A DNA stretch of 56,234 nt, filler included, from Dugesia japonica (Eukaryota): the NCBI GenBank assembly GCA_001938525.1. It is 5 parts of 5 records of this genome, joined end to end, with 100 filler letters (N's around TTAATTAATTAA, not from the genome) between each part and the next. Parts side by side here need not be neighbours in the genome. Positions count along the whole stretch, not along the records: positions 1 to 16,727 come from MQRL01619163.1; positions 16,828 to 25,410 come from MQRL01635990.1; positions 25,511 to 35,497 come from MQRL01612147.1; 2 more parts are not named here. One strand, given 5' to 3'. Positions 13,403 through 25,988 of the stretch are shown here, piece after piece. The notes below the pieces were generated by a model. That model ran no database searches, was not told where the DNA came from, and saw only the letters and a program-made list of their open reading frames with translations. The position numbers and the translations under genes were made by a program. Numbering within the stretch: the stretch's first letter is position 1; every line of letters begins with the position of its first letter.

Positions 13403-15640
13403 CTAAAATTNAAAAATTGATATTTATTATATTAAAGTCTTAAATAACATATATTTATCTACTATTAATTGTAAGTAAATGATATTAACACGTATTAAAT
13501 AACATTGTATTTAGAAAATCAAATTGAAATATTACTACATTTACTTAATGTTGAACTTATTTTTTCTTTAATAATTATAGCTTCGATTATTAATAGATTA
13601 TGTTTTTTTTAATAAATAATACGAAATGTGTGGGATTTCCAAAGTTTTAAAATATTCGAAAAATGTAATTTTGAGGTCAATAAAAAGAATTTTAGAACTG
13701 ATAAAATAAGATTTCTAGCTAGAATTTAAAATAGACTAAATGATGAAAATTCAAGACATCNNNNNNNNNNNNNNNNNNNNNNNNNNNNNNNNNNNNNNNN
13801 NNNNNNNNNNNNNNNNNNNNNNNNNNNNNNNNNNNNNNNNNNNNNNNNNNNNNNNNNNNNNNNNNNNNNNNNNNNNNNNNNNNNNNNNNNNNNNNNNNNN
13901 NNNNNNNNNNNNNNNNNNNNNNNNNNNNNNNNNNNTAATCTTTAGGTTAGATACTTCCTGCATTCTGAAATTTAAAAAAAGGTGCGGATTATCAATAATT
14001 ATTGTTAGAGGAAACGCTGATTATTTAAATCATGACAACTAATTGTTTTCATAAAATTATTCAAATAAAAAAATATAAATAAAAACTTATTTAAACTATT
14101 ATTTTATATTTTCTTTTTATTTAAATTTTAAAAAAATATTTTTCACTTGGATTTTTTAATATTAAAAAACTTAAACAAATTTCTTGTTTTAAAAATTTAT
14201 AACTCTATTTATCTAGATTATTACATTTTTTAGCTCTTGAAACCAATTCAATTAAAAAAAACTATTTGAAAATCTTTATTTAAAGATAAAATTTATTATT
14301 CAAAAATATTTTCGTTTTACTTTAATAATTAATAATCAAATTGATTTAATATAATGGATATTGATAAATAAAAAAATGAATATAATTGTATTGAATATAG
14401 ATTTGTTTTATAATAATTGATAGCAATATATTTTTAATCTAATATATTTTAGTATTTTATTTATTGATTTTTTAAAATTTATTTTAATTNNNNNNNNNNN
14501 NNNNNNNNNNNNNNNNNNNNNNNNNNNNNNNNNNNNNNNNNNNNNNNNNNNNNNNNNNNNNNNNNNNNNNNNNNNNNNNNNNNNNNNNNNNNGGTTTTAA
14601 TTATTGTTATCCAATATCAATAATTAAAACCTAAATTTTGATCTAAGCTTTTATATTAAATGAATTTTATTTTAATTTATTTATTTTTTAAAAATAATAA
14701 CAAAAAAATTGTTTAAATTATCCTATAAAAAACAAAACAAATTTGAGAAAGTAGACCTAATTATAAACGCCAAACAATGTTCAGAAAATATATTTTATTA
14801 AACTTTTCGAAAAACTGTTAAAATATAAAAAGGGTAAAATGCAATTCTCATTGTTATTTTTTCATATAAATATCAAAAGTACGTTAAATCAAAACAGTGA
14901 TTATTTGAAGATATTAAAGTAACGTCACACATCTGCTTCAAGCGCACACAAATATATTCACATCAAATAGACTTAGTGAATATTGTTTTAATTTTGATAA
15001 TTGTTGTGTTTTAAAAGTTGATAAGAAGTTTTCACATAAACTAAAACTGAAAGTATGAAAACAAGATTTAAATATTTGTAAATATAATTTACCGCGTTTT
15101 ACTAATTACATTTAGACCTTTCAATTTAGATTTAACTTAGAGGTGAATTTCATTCCACACAAACCTCAATAGCATTTTATATAAATTGAGACTATCAAAT
15201 AATTATTTTTTAATAAATTATAAATAATCAACAAAATACGTTATTATTTAACAAAAAATCACAAATTTTGTTGTAGTGAACTCTTGTAATAGTAACATGT
15301 CTTAATGAGTTAATTTTTATTTGAGATTAATCGAAATTCCGCGGAAATTTCCTATTAAAAAATAGCAAAACTTATTATTCTAATAAAGTTAAAAAATTAT
15401 GAAATTATAAATTTAGACTTTGAAAAGTTAATTCCTGACGAANNNNNNNNNNNNNNNNNNNNNNNNNNNNNNNNNNNNNNNNNNNNNNNNNNNNNNNNNN
15501 NNNNNNNNNNNNNNNNNNNNNNNNNNNNNNNNNNNNNNNNNNNNNNNNNNNNNNNNNNNNNNNNNNNNNNNNNNNNNNNNNNNNNNNNNNNNNNNNNNNN
15601 NNNNNNNNNNNNNNNNNNNNNNNNNNNNNNNNNNNNNNNN

Positions 15641-16560
15641 ACAGAAATTAAGAATGTCGGTCTAATGGTTAATCCTCAGAAATATCAATTCCTACGAAAT
15701 GAGATCAAATTTTTGAGACACGTTATCATTAAAGAAGTTTTCAAAACAGATCCAAATAGAAACCATTAAGAACTTTGGTAAACCAAAATGTGTTAAGAAA
15801 ATGAGAAGCTTTTTGGAAATTTGCAATTATTATCACAAATTCATTAAAGATAATTCGAACAAAGCTAAATTGATGGAACAATAAAATGAAAGAAGCGCTG
15901 ATGATGTCTCCACTATTATGTTTTCTAGATATAAATAGAGATAAAATCGAAAATTTGGGAAAAAATAAAAACGTTTTTTTTTGAAACAATTTTTTACTTT
16001 AATAAAAATTTTAAAAAGAAACATTTTTGATCTACGACTTAGTTTATTTTCGTAATTTTGAAAATATTTAATTTTTTAAATCACAGATCAATGGTTAAAA
16101 ATTTTAAAAAAGTGAATAATTACACAAAGTGTAATTTTCAGAATAAACAAAAAAAAANNNNNNNNNNNNNNNNNNNNNNNNNNNNNNNNNNNNNNNNNNN
16201 NNNNNNNNNNNNNNNNNNNNNNNNNGGCGACGAAGGAGAAGAAAAAGTAAATACATATGGGTCACAGGCAATGACGAGTCATGAGAAGCATATTGTACTA
16301 CGCGGAAAGAATTACCCGCAATTTACTACTTTTGTATTCATTTCAAACATTACTTATATGGGAAGAGAATTTATTCTTAGAACAGACCACAAAGCTATCA
16401 CTTTTATGCTAAATACTAAAAAAACTGATAACATCACAGTTTCAAATTTGTATTAATTATTTGAGCAGTTTAGATATAAAATTTGAGTATAGAAAAGGAA
16501 CACTTCATACAAATTCGGATATGTTATCGAGGATTAAATTCAATACATGTCACATGATGA
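15641..16560 (+). mobile_element. Ty3/Gypsy pol fragments (RT C-terminus and RNase H), decayed
   Basis: GLMVNPQKYQFLRNEIKFLRHVI..KKMRSFLEICNYYHKFIKD (15641-15880); GREFILRTDHKAI..IKFEYRKGTLHTNSDMLSR (16226-16535). Confidence 0.85.
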
Positions 16561-16727
16561 TCACAAGAGTGAAAAATTAAAAACAAGGATGTTAAATACA
16601 GTTGATATCCAAGAGAAGCAAGACAATTTTGGAGAAAATGATGAAGGAACATGGATATTTTTATACATAATTTTTATAATTTTATTGTAATTTGTAAAAT
16701 TATCAAATTTCTGATTTTTAACCAAAT

Positions 16728-16827
16728 NNNNNNNNNNNNNNNNNNNNNNNNNNNNNNNNNNNNNNNNNNNNTTAATTAATTAANNNNNNNNNNNNNNNNN
16801 NNNNNNNNNNNNNNNNNNNNNNNNNNN
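16728..16827. other. Artificial 100-nt contig-joining spacer (44 N + TTAATTAATTAA + 44 N)
   Basis: Identical structure four times in the window; TTAATTAATTAA puts a stop in all six frames. Confidence 0.95.
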
Positions 16828-16875
16828 ATCATATTTTTAATCTATAAAGTTAATTTGATGAGCTTTGGTTTAGAA

Positions 16876-17495
16876 CAGTGTTTCCCAACGTGGGTCCTAC
16901 GTCACACAGGAGAGTAATTGAAAAATAAATTTTAAAGACTCAAAATTTAACCATATGGCGACTACTAAGTCAATTAAAACTTNNNNNNNNNNNNNNNNNN
17001 NNNNNNNNNNNTTTTAATCAGAAAACCAAAACAAATGTACAACGGAATGTGCAATAAAACTATTGTTACCGTTTTCTTCGTATTTGACTGAATGTGGATT
17101 TAGTTCCATAACTAATTTGATGCTTAAAAAAAGAAATCGGTTGTAAATAACAGACCGAGGAGATCTACGACTAAAGTTAACAAAATTGGAATCTAACATT
17201 AAATCTCTTTGCAACCAGCATCAAGCGCAAGGATATCACTAAAATAAATTCTTTTAATAATTACTAACAATTAAAATAATATTAAATATTAAATTGTTTT
17301 GTACTTGAATACCTGAATATATTATATTTGATTGAACTATAATGTTTGTTTAATAATTTCCTTGTTATTTCTATCTGAAGTCCATCATTTAAGATACTTA
17401 TTGAACAATTAAAAATTTTTTATGTTATATGGAGGACATATTAAAATTTTAAAAGCCTAGGTGGTGCATGACATGAAAAAGGTTGGGAAACACTG
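16876..17495 (+). mobile_element. hAT (Buster/Charlie) internally deleted element
   Basis: 14-bp TIRs CAGTGTTTCCCAAC / GTTGGGAAACACTG and perfect 8-bp TSD GTTTAGAA. Internal transposase C-terminus KLLLPFSSYLTECGFSSITNLMLKKRNRL*ITDRGDLRLKLTKL..HQAQGYH*. Confidence 0.93.
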
Positions 17496-17709
17496 GTTTA
17501 GAAGATTTAGAACCACCAGATAATTTCATTGTTTGTATTCCTGATACCTTATTATATTTAATTTATCATCTTCAAACTGTTTTTTCCATTCATCTTTTAC
17601 TTATTTTGCAGCCAATTAATTTTCAATTCTTTTTGCTAAATCAATTGGATGTAACTTAAAATAATAAAATAATTGCTATAATAATTATTCAATGAGCTTT
17701 ATATTTTAG

Positions 17710-20700
17710 TTGGACGATAAACTCTCTTTTCATAACAATCTTGCTGTCAGACATCCAATTTCGGGTCGATTAATTCCAATTATTAAAAATCCAGATTTGA
17801 AATTTCCTGAACCTGAATGTTTGACATCTCGTTTGGGATTTCCTCTTATAGATTTTAAAGATGCAACATTGGCAGCTAAATTAAATATTCCATTTTCTCA
17901 TCCAAGACTGGGTGCTTATAATCGTATTATAAATAGCGCATGGTCAGAATCAGAAGGATTGTGCTTAGATCAAAATTTAGAGATGATTCTTAATGATAAA
18001 TGTTTACAAGCGTTGCGCAATTTAGGAAGAGGGGGTTATCGCTGTAGTAAATTAAGAAAAGACTGGTTAATTTCTCGGCAAAGATATTGGGGAACACCTA
18101 TTCCAGTAATTCATTGCCCTTCTTGTGGTCCAATTTTAGTAGAAGACAGTGAGCTCCCTGTTATATTGCCTCCATATAATCAATGTCAACCAAATAAATC
18201 AAATTCCGATAAAACATCTCCGTTAGCAAATGCTTTGGATTGGCTTAAAGTGAAATGTCCAAAATGTGGTTGCGACGAAGCTCATAGAGAATCTGATACT
18301 ATGGATACCTTTGTTGACTCATCATGGTATTTTTTGAGATATCTCGATTCATCTAGTTCAACTAATCCTTGTTCACCATCAGTTGCATTGAAACAAATGC
18401 CGGTTGATATTTATGTCGGTGGGCTTGAACATGCCATCCGTCATTTGTATTATGCACGTTTTATGTCACATTTCATTCATTATTACACGGATATTAAATT
18501 TCCAAGTGGTCCAGAACCATTTCTACAGTTTCTTCCAATTGGATTAATGTTGGCGCAAACATTTCAAACGAAACCTGGAAAATACGTGTCAAGTGATTTT
18601 GTCAAATATTTAGGTAGGATAACGTTATTATTAAATTATTTTTCATAATTTAAACTCAATACTGACTTTATTCTTTACGAAGTCTCACTATTTGTTATGA
18701 TTGAAAATTTATAGGGTTTTCCATTAATGAAACAACTCCAAAAATTGACAATTTCTTAATATTTTGTTGATGNNNNNNNNNNNNNNNNNNNNNNNNNNNN
18801 NNNNNNNNNNNNNNNNNNNNAGCTGAAAATTATAAACACAAAATTTCGAGAGAAGCAATTAGAGAAATCCTTTAGTTGTTTAAATTTTAAAATTCATTAA
18901 AATAAAGAAAAAGCTTCGATCAAAATAAAATGTGTTTTTATGGAAATTCCAATTTTCGACACTTGTCTTCTTCAGGAATGAGCATACAGACCATAGATAA
19001 AACAGGTNNNNNNNNNNNNNNNNNNNNNNNNNNNNNNNNNNNNNNNNNNNNNNNNNNNNNNNNNAGATTGTAGACTTTTAGCCAGTTCTTTAGAAATATG
19101 TCCATTTGAAGTTGGATTATTAATCAATTTATTTCAATGTTCCATTTTTCCGCATTTTGTCGATCTTTAAAAACTGTGAACCATTTAAAACTGCTTCCAC
19201 ATTGGCCAAATAATCAAAATCATTTAAAACCACTAAGCCATTACCTTTGTCAAATTTACAAATATTAACCCTTCAACGCTTTAAAATCACTAACATCCTG
19301 TTTCGAATTCTTATTTATATTCTCAGTGGTAGTTTTATTTAACTCATTTTTCAAAGTGATAAAATTTCATTTTTTATTCAAATAATGCTATGTTTTGGTC
19401 CAAATTTTAATAAATGGAGTTCAGTAAGTATTTCTAACATCAAACTTGTAAATACCAAATATTTTCCTAAGATTTAAAAGTTTTTTATTCTGTGATGCAA
19501 TTTTATTATGAATTAAATTATTAAACAAGAAAATAGCCATCCTAATACAGATATAAAAGCAAAAATCATTGCTTACTTTATACAGAGCTGATCTCACTAT
19601 TGTCAAATTCTTGAAAATATCATTTCGTCTCCTTTTTTCCGATTCTATTGTTCTTCTTAGCATCTTTCCATGAATAAATCTCCGATCTTCACTTAACAAA
19701 CATTCCGGAAGTTTCGATTTCAATAAAAANNNNNNNNNNNNNNNNNNNNNNNNNNNNNNNNNNNNNNNNNNNNNNNNNNNNNCTTTTCGGCACAAGCTAC
19801 AAATCAGTTTTGAATATCTTCTAAATGTCTTCAATGCAGGTGGAAAATTGTTCGATAAATATGCAAAAAACGATGGCAAATGTTTAATACAAAATAAATA
19901 ACGCCATTTAAAATAAAACTTTATTGTTATATATTACGACGGATCAACCGTCATCATCAGACAAAAATGGAAAAAAATGATCATAGCATGTTCAATTTGA
20001 ATTTCTGTAAAAATAAATTTTATTTTGATCTAAGCTTTTTCTTTATTTTAATGAAAACTCAAATGCGATCAATAGTTAAGTTTAACAATAATTCTCACAA
20101 TAATTGTAATTATAAAAATTTAAAAATCCAAAATTTGATGAACATCTCTTATTTGATCTAGTAGAGAAGTATGGAAAAGAAAGTTCTGAAAAAGAGGAAA
20201 CAACTGATAATTATGTTAAAGAAGTAGAAGATGCAGTAATGACAGTAATGAGTATGCAAAAAAACTTGAGAAATATTTTCAAGCTAATATACCTGATAAG
20301 ATGAACAAAATATGGGAACAAGGAGAAAAAGCATCTAGGCANTTAAAAATCACAGACTTTATTAGGNGTCAAATAAATAAAAATTGTAATAACTAGGTAT
20401 AATAAATACAATTTTTCTGGAAATCTTTATTATTGTTATTTTAATGGATGTTCATATTATTTTTTAATATGAACATTTGAAAAAATTTGTACGCTAGTGT
20501 TCATATTGAACATGGTCTACTGTATATACATGTTAAAACATTTTATAAATAAAAAAATACTCAGAAAATCTTTATTATTTACTGGTAGATCCAGTTATTG
20601 TATGAGTTTGTATCTTGGCTGTGAATCTTTGAAAATCAGGATTATAACTTGTTAAAGCAGTACACGAATAAGTTCAGTAATTTTTAATTAAAAATTTTTT

Positions 20701-23700
20701 TACTAAATTTTTGCCAGACTGATAATATTTTTCCGCTAGAAAATAATGCGGCTAGAGCCGCAATTTGGTCACCATAATTGTTATATATCTGGAAAACAAC
20801 AGTAAATGCCTCGACAGTAACTCTTATATATTTTATAACAGCACTATAACGTGATCCCCGATAAATGAATGGTTCTTCTAACGGAGTTATATCAAAATCT
20901 CCAAAGAAATTAAAATGATACCAAAAAAGCTACACGCATTAAAGTTATAACAAAAATATAACTATAGATACAACAAAAGAGGTATAGCTACAATAAATAA
21001 AACTAAAGTAATAAAATGTATATATTAAAAAAATTTTATTGATAATTAGGTATTTTCTTAGGTTATTTAATTTTAAATTATTTTTTCAAACCTTTTCATG
21101 ACAAGAAAGACGCTGGTACTATTGAATTAATGGGATTTCTATTCTTCACGAGATACAAATATAATGGGGTTGTCACTTAGAGATTCAAGTAAAAATCTTG
21201 CGAAACCACGATTAAAACCCAACTTAAGTGAATAATTTGGTAATGAGTAGTTCTTATCTTTATGAAAATCGTGAAGAAAAAATATCAAAACACTCGTTCT
21301 TAAGAATTCAATTAAAGAAAAACCAATGAATAGAATTGTACCAGAGTATGTACTGAAAGGTTCTCGAGTAAGGATTAAAACATCTATTTAAAGACAGTTT
21401 TTTGGTTGGTAACAATTGCGTATTTAAATGAAGAATGAATGATTTTTCAAAAACAAATAATGTCATTGAAGGTTGGTGAAACTTCTACATAAAAAATTTT
21501 TCCAACGTGCGTAATGCTTTCTTAGTTCGTTAGAGTGATAAAAGAACAAGAAAATATTTATATTAAAAAGTTCGTAAAAGAAGTTCTCAATGAATAGAAA
21601 ATACATGGAGCTCAATGATCTGATTCTTGAATGTTTTCAAATATCTTTTTTTCATCATTTTCATTTTTAATTTTTCTGGTATAATTTTTTGGAGATTTTT
21701 TATATCACCCCTGTAACCATACCCTTGGTGATTTTCATAGTGAAATAATCATTGTAGTAACCTATGCGTTCATTTTATATTAAAATCATTCTTATCTCGA
21801 AAAGAAACCTCTTCGGATAAAATGTTGGGTAAAAATTAGGATTTTCACGCTTATTTTAATTAATAATTTAAAAAATTTAACTTTTTTGTCCAATAATTTA
21901 ATCAGNNNNNNNNNNNNNNNNNNNNNNNNNNNNNNNNNNNNNNNNNNNNNNNNNNNNNNATTATATCAACCCAATCATTTACAGTGTTGATTTAATTTCT
22001 TGAAGCCTCTATAATTAGTAATAAAAATTGTCTCTTGGTCAGATACGATCACAATTTATCACCTGTTATAATGCCGTAACGTAGTATATTGAAATCTAAC
22101 CAAAATAGTTTGTTATCAAAATTTTGTGCTAGAAATTAATTATTTAAATTGTTTTACATAATTGCACAATTATTAAAAATAAATTAATTTACATATTATA
22201 AAAATTCAAGTTTTAATACAAATCAGAATAACAAAATTGTCGAATAAAAATAAAGAACGTCACATTGTCAGAATGAATCGCAAAAAAGTTCACATTGTTG
22301 AAGCTTTTGAATTGGTATTGGCATGTAAATTGTCAGATAGGATTTAAGTTGAGTTCTTTATCACCCGATAGTCTGTGGCTGTCATCTGGGAACCTTTGTA
22401 ATGCCCATGCTCTGTTTTTGTGTTAATGATTATTTATGTGTATACATTGTGTTTTATATTTGATTTTTATCCGATATCAACAATTTGAAATAAACCCATA
22501 ATTAATATAAAGGACTGTCCATTAATTATGTCAATAATTTCCAGGCACATGTCAACAAATATTTGCCCCTCCTCCACAAATTAAAAATATTTTAACTAAT
22601 TTTTTTGATTTATTTAATTTATCGAAAAAAAATTGTTGGCCTTAATTTATTTTGGATACTTTCCTTCTCTTTGTCAGCAATTGTCAAACTTCTTCAAAGC
22701 TCTCTCCAGATTTTGTTGACATAAATAATGGGAAATTAATCAATGAAAAGTTAATTTTCAAAGTTTAATGGATTTATTTAGGATTGTCATATAAACTTTT
22801 AACATAAAATGTTTCCTTCCCCATTAAAATGACGGTTAAAGACACATAACAGTTAAATAACAGTTAGAAACATGTTATGACAACAAACTTTATATTGTTG
22901 GATGCGTAATGAGATGATGAACGCAATGGTGTTGTTTAAATTTTAATCAGACACAGGTAAAAAGTTATTAAAGATTAAAAAATTTAAAAAACGGTCTACG
23001 AAATTTTTCCATTACAGGCATCAAGCCTTTGATACCATTCGATGGAAAATTAAAAGTATATTATATATCAATTAAAACATTTCAAAATCAAGGGTTTTCC
23101 TCTGGGTAAAATTAATAATACGAGAAATTTGATTCTACGATGGCTGGTTCCAATTTTTTGACTAATAATTGAAAACAGAATCGAAAACCATCTATACATT
23201 GCCTAAAGGACCACTATCGAAAAATGCTTCCTTCATGGTGAAAATTGAGGTTTTTCTAGAGTATGTAGATAGAATCGCACTGTAACAGACATTTTAAAAT
23301 TTAATAAATTGAATTTAAAACGAGTAGATACATATTTTCAAGAAAAAATTGAGTATGGTTAGATGCAAAATCAGATGACGGACATTATTACCGAGTCAAA
23401 ATTTCAAGCGGACATATTGTTGGTGAAATATCAAAGATTTAAAATTTTAAGAATCTTGTACAGCCTCTATTTCTAACATCTTGTAAACATGTATCTACTC
23501 GTTTTAAATTTAATTTTTTAAATTGTAAAATGTCTTTATTTAAATCAATTTAAATTTATTTCTCCCGTTTTTTTTTACAAAAAAAGGAATAAAGCAATAA
23601 AGAACAACAACAAATTAGTTCTAAATCCATCTAATTAAGCATATTTTCAATTGCTGCTTAGTATAACAATTTAATACAACAATGCAATTTAAAATTTTGA

Positions 23701-24372
23701 TTGTTAACAGAAAAGTTTAATGGATGTGCGCACGCTTGGCGAATCGTGTGAGTGTGTACATACACACAGATTAAAAGGAACATTTGTTCTCAAACCTTTT
23801 TGGTTTGTGGCATACATAGTATATCAAAATATTGGCCTATTAATATGCTACTTTTATTTGTGTTTAATATTCGAAAATTCTCNNNNNNNNNNNNNNNNNN
23901 NNNNNNNNNNNNNNNNNNNNNNNNNNNNNNNNNNNNNNNNNNNNNNNNNNNNNNNNNNNNNNNNNNNNNNNNNNNNNNNNNNNNNNNNNNNNNNNNNNNN
24001 NNNNNNNNNNNNNNNATAGTAGTATATATAATGTACCATTAGATCTAGCTTTATTTATTTTTATTTCAAATGATTTCACGAAAAATCACTTGAAATTATA
24101 TTAATTGTCAGATAATTAGTACAGTTTATATCATCAATAATTTGTTCTTTTTGTAATTCAATGGATATTATAAAGTTTTCTTTAAGATAAAAAGCCAGTA
24201 CATAAAGATACCGAAGAACCACTAATTGAGTATTGGGATAAAATGAGTAAATCTAAACAAAATGGCATCAATCCTAAAGATGTGGTTGAAAAATACGGAA
24301 TAGATTCAACGCGATTAATAATTCTAACAAATACCGGACCAGATAAAAACAGAAAATGGCAAGAAAATGACA
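17710..24372 (+). CDS. LARS2: Mitochondrial (bacterial-type) leucyl-tRNA synthetase, two internal exons
   Basis: Exon 17710-18613 (DWLISRQRYWGTPIP, CPSC/CPKC, RESDTMDTFVDSSWY, YVGGLEHA) splices in phase to exon 24187-24372 (KMSKSKQNG..YGIDSTRL), with canonical AG/GT boundaries. N- and C-terminal exons not found. Confidence 0.95.
18946..18979 (-). ncRNA. Degenerate hammerhead-like motif at the head of a dispersed repeat
   Basis: ATTC-CTGAAGA-A-GAC-AAGT-GTC-GAAA-ATTG-GAAT; the cleavage-site position is non-canonical. Confidence 0.45.
18980..19970 (-). mobile_element. Penelope-like retroelement remnant (N-terminal region and start of RT) in the LARS2 intron
   Basis: ORF 19879-19421 followed by ICKFDKGNGLVVLNDFDYLANVEAVL (the PLE DKG motif) and PVLSMV. 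A hammerhead-like motif lies immediately upstream. Confidence 0.7.
19924..19964 (-). ncRNA. Minimal type I hammerhead ribozyme motif (PLE-associated) with one core substitution
   Basis: Minus strand: TTGT-CTGATGA-T-GACGG-TTGAT-CCGTC-GTAA-TATA-TA-ACAA. Stem I TTGT/ACAA, 5-bp stem II, palindromic loop TATA; the GAAA core reads GTAA. Confidence 0.65.
21100..21560 (+). mobile_element. MULE/Mutator-like transposase remnant
   Basis: RMNDFSKTNNVIEGW* resembles the PRTNNxxEGWH motif; upstream FLYWCH-like segment ELMGFLFFTRYKYNGVVT*R. Heavily decayed. Confidence 0.5.
23287..23535. repeat. MITE-like foldback with about 55-bp imperfect inverted arms
   Basis: AGACATTTTAAAATTTAATAAATTGAATTTAAAACGAGTAGATACAT versus ATGTATCTACTCGTTTTAAATTTAATTTTTTAAATTGTAAAATGTCT. 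Confidence 0.7.
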
Positions 24373-24656
24373 GTAAGTTTAGCATCNNNNNNNNNNNNNN
24401 NNNNNNNNNNNNNNNNNNNNNNNNNNNNNNNNNNNNNNNNNNNNNNNNNNNNNNNNNNNNNNNNNNNNNNNNNNNNNNNNNNTTATGAAATTATTGATTG
24501 TTTTACAACGTAGCAGTAATATAACAATAGAGGAGTATACACTCCCGGGACGAGGCGGTAGCAAGTATTATAATTTATGATAAATATAAATTTAAAAATT
24601 TGGCCATTTTATTATTGTAATTCGAAAGTGTCACGAGTTATTTAGTTAATATTTTA

Positions 24657-25410
24657 CAGGGTGTGTAAAATATTTGAGAACATATGTAATGTTTATAGGA
24701 AAGCAAGTATATAATGACACACATAATAACTTTATTAATGAAAAATTCTACAAAGATGAAAATTTAATAACTGCTTAATAGTTTTATTCAAAGAAGCCAC
24801 CATCAACCTCAATAACTGCTTCTATACGAAGTCGAAATAGTTTACAAGCTTTATTAAATGGGTCTGGTTCATATTCGAAATTACTTTCACTATTGTGGCT
24901 TTCAAAGAATCTGTAGTGTTGTGAGAAAATGCACTGACCTCTTTCTCAATAACGCTCCACATATAGTAATACATTGGAATAAAATCTGGAGAGTTAGGAT
25001 ACCAGATATCAGGAGTGATGTGTGGTCATAAAAATTTTCCTGCGTTAATTTATCCTTGTGTGATGGTGCAGAATCTTGTTGAAAAATATAAGGTCCTCCA
25101 ATTTGAACTGAGTCTATCCAAGGTTTAACAACATTTCACAGGAACTCAATATAGGCAGCAAAGTTCACTTTGAGGCATTGTGGAAAAAAGTGAGTAGGCA
25201 TCACATGTCCTTCATTGCTGACTAGCCTTAAAACCATGACAATTGCATTACTCTCGGAATTTCACTAGAGTTTCTACATAACCAACGATCATATCTCCTG
25301 TTGATCTTCTGATCTTGGTCAAAGTTTTTGTCATCCAAGATAAACAAAATTGCATCTTTTTCTGCTGATTTTTTATTTTTCTTTAAGAGCCTTTTTGATT
25401 TACCGATTTT
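24657..25410 (-). mobile_element. Tc1/mariner-superfamily (maT/DD37D-like) transposase remnant, cut by the contig end
   Basis: LDDKNFDQDQKINRRYDRWL..VSNEGHVMPTHFF..VVKPWI..YIFQQDSAPSH..WYPNSPDF; TA-CAGGGTG terminus at about 24657. Confidence 0.85.
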
Positions 25411-25510
25411 NNNNNNNNNNNNNNNNNNNNNNNNNNNNNNNNNNNNNNNNNNNNTTAATTAATTAANNNNNNNNNNNNNNNNNNNNNNNNNNNNNNNNNN
25501 NNNNNNNNNN
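25411..25510. other. Artificial contig-joining spacer
   Basis: 44 N + TTAATTAATTAA + 44 N. Confidence 0.95.
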
Positions 25511-25708
25511 TTATGGTGTTTCAATTAAATATAAAATCGAATCATGCATTCGCAAATATGATAAAAATGTGAAAATATAAAAAATAATTGAAGAGAAAGT
25601 CGATCGTCAGACTAACAAAATGTCGCATAATGTGTATATGTATGTATATTAAGTTGAAAATGAAGTTTATTAATTAATTAATATTAATTTCTTTCATAAC
25701 TAAAAAAN

Positions 25709-25988
25709 ATTAGGTTGTTAAGAAAATAGTTTCTGTATTTAACATATAAAAGTAAAAGTAAAAATCTCGGAAAACATAAAGATATTTTATTCAAAATATG
25801 AACCATTACAATCAACATATTTCTCCCAACGAGAAATAAGTTTATTTATGCCAATAGAATAGAAATCCGTTGTCCTGGATTCGGCAAATTCGAGGAAAGC
25901 ATTTTTAACATCGTTGTCATTATGAAAGACTTTCTCTTGAAGAAAATTGGAGAGATGATAAAAAAATGATAGACGGTTGGCGACAGGT
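25709..25988 (-). mobile_element. mariner transposase C-terminus and TIR remnant
   Basis: HLSNFLQEKVFHNDNDVKNAFLEFAESRTTDFYSIGINKLISRWEKYVDCNGSYFE*; TTAGGTTG TIR-like end. Confidence 0.85.

Noticed and set aside
13403-17709. Bidirectional promoter between head-to-head EML and LARS2
   Set aside because: Both genes lack their 5' exons and a synthetic spacer separates them.
17710-18648. Bacterial-type LeuRS ORF as horizontal transfer or contamination
   Set aside because: It has splice sites and splices in phase to the KMSKS exon at 24187, which is the expected nuclear-encoded mitochondrial enzyme.
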